Origin: Eledone cirrhosa
Lineage: Eukaryota
Direction of reading: 5' to 3'
Assembly: GCA_964016885.1 (NCBI GenBank)
Contig: OZ024740.1
Location: 320,354,001 to 320,418,000, forward strand
Length of the DNA stretch: 64,000 nucleotides
The notes beneath the pieces were generated by a model. That model made no database searches. It was not told the origin of the DNA and saw only the letters and a list, made by a program, of their open reading frames with translations. This document shows positions 1 through 11,801 of this stretch, piece after piece. The first letter of the stretch is position 1, and each line of letters begins with the position of its first letter. A program made the translations under genes and the position numbers.

Positions 1-157
1 TATATATATATATAAGTATTAAGTTATTAAACAATATTCGATGATTATGTCAAAGAATGAGTTTTACAGTAGATTGGAAGCACTCAACTAAAAATAATTT
101 TCAGGAGTTATTAATATTAAAGTATAAATATTAATAAAATAGATGTTCTTTTGATCA

Positions 158-220
158 ATTACATTCTATTATACATATTTCGGATGTACAACAGTACGTC
201 CTAATTATACAAAATATAAT
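158..220 (-). ncRNA. Hammerhead copy in the left pLTR with a destroyed core
   Basis: Mirror of 4068-4130 with CTGATGA replaced by ATAATTA. Confidence 0.75.
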
Positions 221-414
221 GATACATGACATACCCTGAGATATTAAATGGTTAAGATTTAATCAAGGTAGTGATTACCCGATAGAAAATTTTGCTTATA
301 TAATATCGGTGTGAGAGTGCGAAAACGTAATAAATTCATTAGAGAATGTGTGAGTAAGAAAAAACGTTGCATACTTAAAGTGTTCTAAAATTTTAAATTG
401 TATGATACGATAAT

Positions 415-594
415 TGTTTCTACTTTTAACACAAGGCCAGCAATTACCCAGTACATTACTGGTACTTTATTTTATCGACCCCGTAAGGATGAAAGGCAAA
501 GTTAACCTCGACGGGATTTGAACTCAGACCGTAAAGGGACGTAACTATGCTGGAAAGCATGGCGTCCGACTCTCTACTGATACTGCCAATCCAC
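415..594 (-). mobile_element. tRNA-derived SINE in the left pLTR, 9-bp TSD
   Basis: TACGATAAT at 406-414 and 595-603; single copy (empty site) in the right pLTR near 3874-3882. Confidence 0.88.
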
Positions 595-997
595 TACGAT
601 AATATCTAGGGAAACGTCTCGTGAATCATAACAGCCAGTGATAGCCACTGGAAAAAGATTTATAAGGAGGGAAAGATAAAGTGAGGTTTTTTTTTTTCGA
701 AAGTTAAACGGTTAGAATTTGGAAATATTTAATTTATAATATTAATGTGAAGACTCCAGATTTCAGGATTATTTGTTATTTAATTATAAATTATTTATAA
801 AAATTCGATAAGTGTGTTATCATTTCTAAACTTCTGAATTGTGAGAATAACATTTTAAAGGATTTAGCTGGCACGTAAAGAATGAAATATTATACTGTTG
901 ATTAATTACCTAACACTAAACTTTAACAAATATCTCAACATATTAGGTATGTAAATCTTTTGAAGTACTTATTGTTATAAATATTGTTATAAATATT

Positions 998-2327
998 CCG
1001 CGCAAATCACAGATCTTCTGGGAATTTTCATATTAAACATGATAAATAGAAAACCGCCGGAGATTACCGGTGGTTTATATAGAGATGACATTTTATTTAC
1101 GGTGGTCAAACACAATAATATAGAATTAAATAGAGTTAAGAAAAGTATAATAGAATTCTTTAAAACGTACGACCTTAAATTAGAAGTAGAAAATGGTACC
1201 AAAATAGTTAATTTCCTTGACGTTACCTTTAACTTACACACTGGCTTCTATTACCCTTTTCATAAGCCTAATGAAAACTTAAACTATGTTAGTAACTATT
1301 CAAATCACCCTAGATCTGTAAAAAAAAAGCTATAGTAAATAGTGTGCAAAAACGTATTAATAAAATATCAGCTAATAAAGATATATTTGATAAAAATGCG
1401 GAATATTACAACAACGCTTTAAAAAGAGCAGGATTTATGAATAATATAGAATATGTAGATAATAACAATCCAAGTATTATTCCTAATAATAATAATAATA
1501 ATTATAACACATATAAGAGTAACTCTAATAACTACAACTCAAACACACATACGCTAAATAAATCGAGAATACGAACAAGATCTAAACCAGTCATATGGTT
1601 TGCACCCCCAGCTTCGGTCGCAGTTAAAACACCAATTGCAAAACTATTCTTTAAAGCTCTTGACACCTCTTTCCCTACTCAACATAAATACCATTCCATT
1701 TTTAATAGACATACCATTAAATTCGCAAATTCTACAACCAGTAACATGGCCCAAAACATCGCCAAATTAAACGCCAAAATCCTAAAACCAAACCAACCTA
1801 ATGATCATAATAATAGAGTTAACATTAATGATACTAAACCAAATTGTAATTGTAGAAATAAAAGTAATTGCTCTTTGCAAAATAATTGTTTAGATAGTAA
1901 TTTGGTTTATAAATGCACCGTAAAAACTGACCATAAAAGATACAATTACATTGGATCAACCTCGTCCACATTCAAACTTCATTTCGCGAACCATAAATGC
2001 TCATTCTCAAACTCTAAGAAGATATCATCCACGTCTTTATCACAGCTCATATGGTCTTTAAAAGAGAAGAACCTAGAATACTCCATTCTTTGGACAAAAC
2101 TTCGGAACTGTGGAATTTACCACAACTCTAGTATATCAAATAACTGCCCGCTCTGTACAATGGAGACTCTGTTGATTATTAATAATTATGAGACCTTAAT
2201 TAACAAAAAAAGTGAATTATTCTCTAATTGCCTCCATAAAGCTATGTCCACTTTTTTAGCATCACATAAAACGAGAAAGAAAGAACCAATAACAACTCGA
2301 TTACCAGGAATATATAATCAACAATAA
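998..2327 (+). pseudogene. PLE RT C-terminal half plus GIY-YIG endonuclease, one frameshift
   Basis: GLYRDD, VNFLDVTFNL, YVSNYSNHP; frameshift in the A-run at ~1320-1328; then CNCR..C, VYKC..YIGST, NHK.SF, CPLC..E. Confidence 0.85.
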
Positions 2328-2862
2328 AAAAACATCAATGGCCTTTAATATTGCTTTATTTTATGGATATCTATGGAAAAAACAACGTTAGAATGAATGA
2401 CAATATTTAAATTAGCATGCCTAAACATTGATACACACAACTTTATTTGTTAACTTTGATCAACACTATCATTTATCTATAATTTAGTGCAATACCTAAT
2501 CCTTACATATCTATTGAATTTATTTAACTGTGAATTTTTAATACATTTGTAATCTAAAACATTTGTAACCTAAAATGAGAAAGAAAGAACCAATAACAAC
2601 TCGGTTACCAGGAATATATAATCAACAGTAAAAAACATCAATGGCCTTTAATATTGCTTTATTTTATTTTATGGATATCTTTAGAAAGAACAACGTTAGA
2701 ATGAATGACAATATTTCAATTAGCATGCCTAAACATTGATACACACAACTTTATTTGTTAACTTTGATCAACACCATCATTTATCTATAATTTAGTACAA
2801 TACCTAATCCTTACATATTTATTGAATTTATTTAACAGTGAATTTTTAATACATTTGTAATC
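2268..2862 (+). repeat. Tandem ~300-bp duplication in the PLE 3' region
   Basis: gagaaagaaagaaccaataacaactc...catttgtaatct occurs at ~2273-2555 and again at ~2577-2863. Confidence 0.85.
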
Positions 2863-4067
2863 TCTTTTAAATTTTAGTTTTAATACCCAATCCAAATTTT
2901 TTTACAAAACTTATCTATAACTCCAAATGTTTAATGACTTTTTGATCTATTATTTATAGCATAATATAGCATATATTTCTTTTATATATACTTACTACAC
3001 TATAATATGTAAATTTGAGACGGATTCAAACTTATATATAAATGTGAATTTTTTCGCTGTACTTTCGATCTCTTATTTATTTATTTATAATATAATGTTT
3101 TATAATATATATGTAGTTATATATTGTATTCTATATATTTTTTTATATTTTTAAATATACCTACCATACTTCTATATACATGATTCAAATATAGAGAAAA
3201 TATCCAAACTAAAAATTATTATAGACATTATTTTGAACTTTATACATGCACTCATTGTTCGTTTCTCTTATATGTATATATATATATATAAATGTGACAT
3301 GTTGTTAAGAGTATAACTATTAACATTTACCTAAAGTATACTACATTAATAATACCTAATATATATCTATATATATACATCCCTATATCTAATAATACGT
3401 GGATATCTTGGTTGAAGAATAATTATACATATGTATAAATTTTATCTGTAACATATTATTTTATTTTATTTTTACCTTATATATACTGACTCATTAATAT
3501 ATACCTATATACATAATAGTTATTCAAATATTTATAACAATAAGTACTTCAAAAGATTTACATACCTAATATGTTGAGATATTTGTTAAAGTTTAGTGTT
3601 AGGTAATTAATCAACAGTATAATATTTCATTCTTTACGTGCCAGCTAAATCCTTTAAAATGTTATTCTCACAATTCAGAAGTTTAGAAATGATAACACAC
3701 TTATCGAATTTATATAAATAATTTATAATTAAATAACAAATAATCCTAAAATCTGGAGTCTTCACATTAATATTATAAATTAAATATTTCCAAATTCTAA
3801 CCGTTTAACTTTCGAAAAAAAAAACCCTCACTTTATCTTTCCCTCCTTATAAATCTTTTTCCAGTGGATAGATATTATCGTATCATACAATTTAAAATGT
3901 TAGAACACTTTAAGTATGCAACGTTTTTTCTTACTCACACATTCTCTAATGAATTCATTACGTTTTCGCACTCTCACACAGATAGTATGTAAGCAAAACT
4001 TTCTATCGGGTAATCACTACCTTGATTAAATCTTAACCATTTAATATCTCAGGGTATGTCATGTATT

Positions 4068-4130
4068 ATTATATTTTGTCTGATGAGGACGTACTGTTGT
4101 ACATCCGAAATATGTATAATAAAATGTAAT
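4068..4130 (+). ncRNA. Type-I hammerhead ribozyme in the right pLTR
   Basis: Stem I attatattttgt/ataaaatgtaat (12 bp with 2 GU); CTGATGA 4080-4086; stem II GGAcGTAC-tgtt-GTACaTCC; GAAA; minimal stem III; AUA triplet at 4116-4118. Confidence 0.85.
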
Positions 4131-4214
4131 TGATCAAAAGAACAACTATTTTATTAATACTTATATTTTAATACTTATATTTTAATATATATATATATAT
4201 TTAATATAGAAATG

Positions 4215-4263
4215 GCTTCTACAGGACTAGAACTGTTTCATTCGTGAGAAATCATCAGGAAGC
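4215..4263 (-). ncRNA. Compact type-I hammerhead ribozyme with full stem III
   Basis: Minus strand: gcttc CTGATGA t-ttc-tcac-gaa-t GAAA cag-ttctagtc-ctg TA gaagc. 5-bp stem I, 4-bp stem III, GUA triplet, U.U mismatch at the base of stem II. Confidence 0.75.
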
Positions 4264-4835
4264 ATTGATTTAAGCTATATTTTATCGTTTTCAATTTTGA
4301 GAAAATTGGCTCTTATTTTTTAAAATAGTTATTTTGTTAAATAACACACTGCGACTATCGATATATCTTCATAAAAAAATTTATAACATAAAAGCTGTAT
4401 TTTTGTATTTTTGGTTTCTATTTTTTTTCTGAACAATGCTTTGGTCAATCAAGACTATAGTAAGACACTTTCTGAATGGGATCCAATCCGAAACTGCATG
4501 GTTGTGTAGTGAATTTCCTAATCACACAGTAATGTCTACGATTTTGTAAATACTGGTTTAAGGAGGATTTATTTTATCGATGTGAAATTTTCGTAAAACT
4601 GTTCCAGATGTAGATATTTTCCACATAGTGTATTTTCTACAATACTCCAATAGCTAAGAGACCTCTTTGATTTCTTCTACTATTTTGTCGCTATCATCTA
4701 CTGCTGTGTGGCAAATTGAGATGCCCAAAGGATGATACACTTCTTGTTTATTTATATATGCAAGACATTCTATTTAAATTTTTGTTTTAATCTTTTCTTT
4801 ATACTTTACAAAAAGCAGAATAAAATATACTTTAC

Positions 4836-4950
4836 TTTGGTTGTCTCAGGGCATCTTGCTGTGTTTTTGAAAGCATTAGCCACATAAAACGGCTGCGGAC
4901 ATTGGTTGATACGTAACAACTTCAGGGGAATATCAACTGTGACAACACCA
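4836..4950 (-). CDS. Host gene, coding exon 5 (not in ORF track); gene continues beyond the left edge
   Basis: ctatcgcag|T GGT GTT...ACC AAA|gtaaag, 115 nt. Encodes (N)GVVTVDIPLKLLRINQCPQPFYVANAFKNTARCPETTK, paralogous to exon 2 with the same phases (2 in, 0 out). Confidence 0.88.
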
Positions 4951-5717
4951 CTGCGATAGAAAAGACATAAATATCAGTGTATTTCGAATATAAACAATAA
5001 GCTGTCAACATATTTGATGTAGGGAACATTGAGATACTAACTAGAAATTATTGACAGACCCGAATATATTCTTGACAGGGGCAATGTGTCCGAACACGGA
5101 AGAACCGAATTGCCACTGTCATCGCCCCCCCCCCCCCTCTCTCTCGCCCTCTACATCTCTCTGTATAGTGAGCAAATGGGGTCCCACGTGATGGCCGCCC
5201 CACAGCCCCGACGGACAGAATGGAGAAGACGTTTCCCCGGAGGATGGAAAGGGAGATGCGCCATGGAGCATAAAACAACTCAGTAGAAGTAAAATATGCA
5301 GTGAGGAGAGAAGGGGGGAGTGATATTAATCAATGGTTAATATATATTTTTTCCGGTAAGTATGGTGGTCAACTCCGGACATGTTTCTCTCTTATTCTGA
5401 CCACTTGACCATACCTAGACAACAGTTTGCTAGGAGACAAAGGCAAGGAAAGAAAGTAAACTGAAAGGAGATAAACATAAACATACTAGTATATAGAAAT
5501 AACAAATAACTGTTTCTACTTTAGGCACAAGGCCAGCAATCACCAGTTCATTACTGGTACTTTATTTTATCAACCCCGTAAGGATGAAAGGCAAAGTCAA
5601 CCTCGGCAGGATTTGAACTCAGATCGTAAAGGGACGTAACTATGCTGGAAAGCATGGCGTCCGACCCTCTACCGATACTGCCAATCCACCGCCCTGTATA
5701 TAAATAACAAATAACGT

Positions 5718-6508
5718 CTGTGTATGTGTCTATATGTGTGTGTGAGCGTACGTGTGTGTGTCTGTGTGTCTGTGTGAGTATACGTGTGTGTGTGAGTATG
5801 TGTGTGAGTGTGTGTGCGAGTGTGTGTGTTACTGTGTGTGTGTGTGTGTGTGTAAGCGTGTGTGTGTGTGTGAGTGTGACTGTGTGTGTGCTTGTATGTG
5901 TGTATAAGTGTGTGTGAGTATGTGTGTGTATGTGTGAGTGTGTGTATGTGTTAGAGTGTGGGTGTGTGTATGAGTGTGTGTGCGACTGTGTGTGAGTGTG
6001 TGTATGTGAGTGTGTATGTGTGTGTTTTAGTGAGTGAGTGTGTATGTACGTGTGTGTATGTGAGTGTGAGTGTGTGTAAGTAGGTGTGCATGTGAGTGTG
6101 TGTCTGTGTACGTGTGAATGTGTGTGTGTGTGAGTGTATGTGTGTGAGTGTATGAGTGTGTGTGTGAGTGTGTGTGTGAGTGTGTGTACGAGTGTATGAG
6201 TGTGTGTGAGCGAGTGTGCGAGTGTGTGTGTGTGTGTGTATGCGCGCGTGTGTGTGTATGTGAGTATGTACGTCTGTGCGTGTGTGAACGTGCGTGTTAG
6301 TGTGTGTGTGTCTGTGTGTATATATATATATATATGTGTGAGTGTGTGTGTAAGTGTGTGCGCGAGTGTATGAGTGTGTGTGCGTATGTATGTATGTGTG
6401 AGTGGGCTGTGTGTTAGTGTCTGTGTTTGTGTCTGTGTGAGAATGTATGTGTGAGTGTGCGTGTAAGCGTGTGTGCGAATGTGCGAATGTGCGTTTGTGT
6501 GTGTGTGC
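5718..6508. repeat. Long degenerate (GT)n array
   Basis: About 790 bp of interrupted GT repeat. Confidence 0.95.
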
Positions 6509-7093
6509 TATTTAAAAAGAATGTGTATAACACATTTTAAAAGAATTTACCCAAACTAAATATCAGTGGTCCAATATTGAGTTCATGTTTGAATAGTGTT
6601 AAACTCGTTTTCAAAATGTCTGAAAATTTATAAGGACTTTATTATTATATGCTTCTTGATTCCAAATTAAAGCGACCTTTAACCTCTTTCGGTGTTATTT
6701 CATATCACTTTTTAGTTAATGTTACAGTTTATCTGTTAGTCTTATGCTTTTGTAAAGTGTTATCATCCTGATACAATAAATCTCAAGATCTATTGTATCA
6801 CAATAGCTACTATCTACTTTCAATATCTGACCTAGTGTTCCTTTTTTCGTCGCTTATGGCGCTCAGTTTTAATTGTGTGACTACTTTTATTGTGTAATGT
6901 ATTTGCTTTATTTGAAAGGATGTGCTCTAGCTTAGTAATGGACATGAGCGTAGTTTTTCTTCTTATGTATATGTGTGTATGTATGCATGTATGTTCTTCT
7001 GGTTTTATAATTTCACAAATGTTTTCCCAATAGAGAGAGTCGGTTTCTAACATAAACACAAGTCTCTCTCATTGGAATTTACACATCAACTAG

Positions 7094-7124
<31 letters not shown>

Positions 7125-7140
7125 TGTATGTATGTATGTG

Positions 7141-7745
7141 TCAGGTCACCAGTTGGTGCTACTGGAACATGTATCCCAGTACAACTTTTCTCATGGTCGG
7201 GTCGTTGGCGACTAAACTGGCAACCCCACCAAGGTTTCTTGGTGAGGAGGGTGACTTTGGACATCCTGCAGGACTAAAAACAAAACCTGTCAAAAGGCAA
7301 AGGGGCTCTTAAGAGTCAATAGCCATCCAAAATCACCGGGAGAGATGACCCCTTAGCCTTTGTCAAGGCAGAATTCTAGGAGAAGGAAAACTTTGATATA
7401 ACACCTGCAACCCTGATGGTATCCGATGATGTTGACTTGTTCTTCTTTTTGGTAAATATCATCTTGGTTAAGAGAGTGGGACTGGCTTTGTGCAGTGCCT
7501 TTGCTCACTATAAAAGCTTCACGGCACAGGCATTGCTTTATATCTGGAGATCTCTGCACTTGTCGTCACATGGTACCATGGGCCCAGCACTATGTGTCAA
7601 TAATTGTCACAAGTGTAGTGTTTGTACCAGAGTTTTCAAGTCGCTGGCTGGACTAAAAAGTCACACTCGTTCAGCGCATCGGTAGTGGTTCTCCTACATA
7701 AATATAAAGTAGTGGCCGTACTCGAAAACGAGTTGGCAGCCACCA
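7141..7745 (+). mobile_element. ~600-bp non-autonomous RTE-derived (bipartite) element
   Basis: Near-identical to 47866-48466 and 25511-25922 (rc). 3' part encodes an RTE-type finger CSVCTRVFKSLAGLKSHTRSAH and ends cgaaaacgagttggcagccacca(tgta)n. Confidence 0.75.
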
Positions 7746-7792
7746 TGTATGTATGTATGTATGTATGTATGTATGTATGTATGTATGTATGT

Positions 7793-8556
7793 GTCTCTTT
7801 CTTTTAATTTCGAGTATATATTTTTGACCGGCCATCTTCCTGGTGGCAAGGTTATAAAAGAAAAGAATTTGTCATCCCTTGAATCGCAAGAATGTTTTGA
7901 AAATTTTGAAGGTGCCAGCTATCGCAGCCATTTGTAGACTATGAATTAAGGAGCTACGCTTTTTGTCCGCAAATCCAAGTTCAGTCATACTTTGGTCCAA
8001 GCGGGTTGGTATATAACCCGTAGCTCCAATAATGATGGGTATAAAGCTAAAGGTGTATCTTGGATACTGGATTTTTAAACTCCTCATCAATAGTCCATAG
8101 ATGTCCTCCTTCTCCTGTATTTTTCTGACAACGTTTCCATCAAGTGGGCTGCTGATCTCCACAACAGAACACGTTTTCAATGTGTGGTCCCAAACAACAA
8201 TATCAGGCCGGTTGTGCTTTAATTTGGTGGCAGTTTTTATTTTCAGGTTCCACCAGTATTCCTTAGTGCCATCTGTCTCAATATATTCTTCCTCGTTTGT
8301 TGTTAATTTTGTTTTCCGAAGTAGTGCATTCCAGATGGTTCTAGCTATCCCATCGTGTCTCATGGGCGGGGGGGGGGGGGTAGCGAGATGACATTCTTTC
8401 GCAGCTGGCAACAATGTGGCTTACATCCTCGATCTTTGTTTTACATAGCCTACATTTATTGTCAGCTGCTGGCCCTCCCCTTTTGTGCAGCAGATATTTG
8501 GTAGGGAGTTCTTGTTCCTGTATTGCATAGAGATATCCCTCAAGGTGTGATGTCAT
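7793..8556 (-). mobile_element. 3' fragment of R4/Dong-like family A
   Basis: Near-identical to 28785-29540 (RLE domain and 3' UTR); abuts (TATG)n. Confidence 0.88.
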
Positions 8557-9047
8557 AAATTATTAGAAATGTAAGCTATCGCCATATTTTGACTAAAGAA
8601 ATTAAAGAAATTATTTAGCCTGATATTGGGTTTAGAACCCTCAGAGAAATGGAAAAAGATAAATATTACATTTCTAATAATTTCAAACCAACTCGCTGTT
8701 TCGAAAATATCCTTACTTGACATTACAGTCGCTAAGTTTATAGCTTCTAATTTGAATGGAAAGAGACGGGTGATGTGTTGGTGTAAATAGTACCACAGTG
8801 GTCCGGATAACCAAAGATGTGAGTTCGACTCCATGTACGTCAATACTCATCTTTTTCCATTTCTCCGAGGGTTCTTAACCCCACTATCAGGCTAAATAAT
8901 TTCTTTAGTCAAAATACGGCGATAACTTACATTTCTAATAATTTCAAACCAACGCGCTGTTTCGAAGATATCCTTACATATATTTTTTTTCTCGTGCAAT
9001 GGCCATACTCGATAACGAGGGGACAGCCAGCCAGCCAGCCAGCCAGC

Positions 9048-9109
<62 letters not shown>

Positions 9110-9185
9110 GTATGTATGTATGTATGTATGTATGTACGTATGTATGTATGTACGTACGTATGTATGTATGTATGTATGTATGTAT

Positions 9186-9482
9186 TCTCTTTCTCTTTCT
9201 CTTAATTTTGAGTATTTTTTTTTGACCGGCCACCTTCCTGGTGGCAAGGTTGTAAAAGAAAAGAAATTGTCATCCCTTGAATCGCAAGAATGTTTTGCAA
9301 ATTTTGAAGGTGCCAGCTATCGCAGCCATTTGTAGACTATGAATTAGGGAGCTGCACTTTTTGTCCGCAAATCCAAGTTCAGTCATACTTTGGTCCAAGC
9401 GGGTTGGTATATAACCCGTAGCACCAATAATGATGGGTATGAAGCTAAATGTGTATCTTGGATACTGGATTTGTAAACTCCT
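9186..9482 (-). mobile_element. Short 3' fragment of R4/Dong-like family A
   Basis: SLQIQYPRYTFSFIPIIIGATG...FLRFKG plus 3' UTR; (TATG)n on both sides. Confidence 0.88.
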
Positions 9483-9660
9483 ATGTATGTATGTATGTAT
9501 GTATGTATGTATGTATGTATGTATGTATGTATGTATGTATGTATGTATGTACGTATGTATGTATGCATGTATGTGTGGATGTATGTATATCTGTATGTAT
9601 GTACGTACGTATGTATATATGTATGTGTTTGTGTATGTATGTTTGTATGTATGTATGTAT

Positions 9661-10163
9661 GTCAGACTGCTCTCGAGTGCTACTGGTAACATGTAACCCA
9701 ATACAACCTGCCTCATGGTCGGGTCGTCGGCGACTAAACTGGCAACCCCACCAAGATATTTGGACACCCTGGGGGATGAAATGCAAGACCTGGCAAAGGG
9801 CGGAGGAACTCAGCAGAATCAACGGCCATCCAAATAGTACTTTTTTTACCTGGCAGTGAAAGGCCCCCATTTGTTGTCACTGCTCCTTTCTAGGAGAGGG
9901 AAACTCTGAAAAAAAGAAACCTGCGGCTTCGGAAGCATCCGATGATGTTGACCAGTTCTCCTTTTCGGGTAGTGTTTTCGATGCTCAGAGAATGGGATTG
10001 CTCGAGTGCAAGGCCTTTCCCCGATTAAAAAACCTTCAAAGCACAGCCATTGCTTGTTCAGCAGCTGTTACAGGTTCGTGTGGCTGGCCGTAGCCTAAAA
10101 GTGTACCGAACTCTATAATCTGACAAGCGATTGCAATATTTTTAGCAGAGTTTGCAGCCATCA
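9661..10163 (+). mobile_element. Diverged relative of the bipartite RTE-derived element
   Basis: Shares ggtcgggtcg..gcgactaaactggcaaccccacc and the ...gcagccatca(tgta)n end. Confidence 0.65.
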
Positions 10164-10783
10164 TGTATGTATGTATGTAGTATGTATGTGTGCGTGTACA
10201 ACAAACATGAAACACACGAAAAGCAAAACACTGTGAATTCCCTCACAACACAGAAGAAGGAAAAGAAATGAGATATAAACCCCAGGCACTCCTAGACGAC
10301 ACATTTATTTAATACAAAGAAACCTGTATGTATGTAAACCATAAAAATACCAGATTCTTTGGATCAAAATACATTACAACAAACAAGAAAGAACATCAAA
10401 TATCACACTTTACATAAAATCAGAAACTGGTCCCATATCCCGCTCATTCAATACAACAAAAATACTATATATGCGAGATGCACTGCTTGTTGTTACAGAA
10501 GAGCCTGGCTCAGATTGTACTCTTTGAAGTGCTAAATCCCTCTAAATCTATTATATTACCATTGTAAAAAGACTGTGTGTCCCTCCCTTCCAATCCGGAA
10601 AAAAATCTCGTGAAATATATACACTCTAAAATAGTCGCATACCAATACTAGTCGCATACCATCACTAGTCTTGCACACTATGAATGAAGTAGACTCGCTT
10701 AAATACATGTTGAAAACAACTCCAGTTGTGTCCATTACCTCTCCGGGGTGTTAAAAATTGAAATTGTAATGAATGTAACTTAC

Positions 10784-11801
10784 TTGAATTCAACAGTTGT
10801 CCGTAATCTATCAACTCCGAAAAATGGGACTACGTATGTAATAACCCACTTGTCTACAAAACCATCACATCGAAAATAAGGTCGTGTCCAAAAACCATCA
10901 TTTATAGTAGGAGCTTTGTATCTCATAGGATAATATTCGAAAGGAATATTGCCGGTGCCATTAAAATCGTTTCGAACATGAGCCCTCATTTTATAGGTCT
11001 TCAGTCCAAATGTGTTCAGTTTCCAGCGTTGTTTCGCTTTTATGAACCAACCTTCTTCTGTGTATGAGTTTGGGAGACCAGCAGCGTCGACTGCACGATA
11101 TAATCCTTTCCGACGGAAAGCAAATGGTCCAAACAATTCCCTTACTTTAGTGTCGCTTGTTTTGAATGTATATTTGTCAAAGAATATACCAGAAGACATT
11201 ATCCTGAAGTCAGCCATCACGTTTGCAAAAACTTCTGCAAATAGTTGTCCAGGAATAAGTAAAGGTCCCCCTTTATGATATCCAAAATTTTCATTGGGGT
11301 TTGCATTTTGTATGTAATTAGACAAGAAATGTGACAATCGCAAAGCGGTCCTTGCTTGAAATTCAAACTGTGTTGACACTCCATAACCAACATCACCTGG
11401 AAGTAAAAGGTTTTCAGGAGCCATCGTTTTACAGGTTTTTGAATTTATCGTAGAAATTCGATTAAAAAGTTTTTTGATGCTGTAAATTGATTTTTCGTCA
11501 ATTAAACTTCTACGAAAACGAGAATGAAATTTTAGTCTCCGCTTTACTTTTTTGCGACTTTTAACAGCGAGTTTCATAATTTTTTTAGCGTTCAGAGCAA
11601 AGGCGTTATTGTCTGACTGAAATGGAAAGAAGTTTATATAAGAGGAATTACTACTGATAGTATAGGAGCTAGAGAACTTGTCAACTAGGAAATCATCCAA
11701 TGAACGTTTCGTTTTCTCCCAAGTAGTAATGCTTAATCTTCCAGCAAGTTCTTCTGTATCAACATCCTCGAGCTTTCGATTTGACGGTAAAACAGACATC
11801 A
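10784..11801 (-). CDS. Host gene, coding exon 4: polybasic linker plus second GPR158-like Cache-like module
   Basis: Strong acceptor cattttttcag|TG is in frame with the phase-1 end of exon 3 (..KSD-L-MSVLP). Motifs LPGDVGYGVSTQFEFQARTALRLSHFLS and GFWTRPYFRCDGFVDKWVITYVVPFFG. Donor AA|gtaagt at 10783. Confidence 0.85.

Larger units (their letters stand above)
15..4190 (+). mobile_element. 5'-truncated Penelope-like retroelement with inverted pseudo-LTRs
   Basis: Segment ~113-985 is the reverse complement of ~3527-4173. The arms enclose an RT C-terminus plus GIY-YIG ORF, there is a hammerhead motif in the pLTR, and both sides are (TA)n. Confidence 0.85.

Noticed and set aside
5340-5445. Hammerhead on the minus strand (GAAACATGTC), and similar traces at ~45710-45910 and ~60738-60800
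   Set aside because: CUGANGA or GAAA box too decayed to call.
7160-7225. Complete HDV-like ribozyme
   Set aside because: P4-, J4/2- and P2-like parts are visible but no convincing P1 helix.
8892-9870. ORFs made of HTYI, MYVC, LAGW and QPAS repeats (also near 16600, 25400, 39900, 45500)
   Set aside because: Translations of microsatellites.
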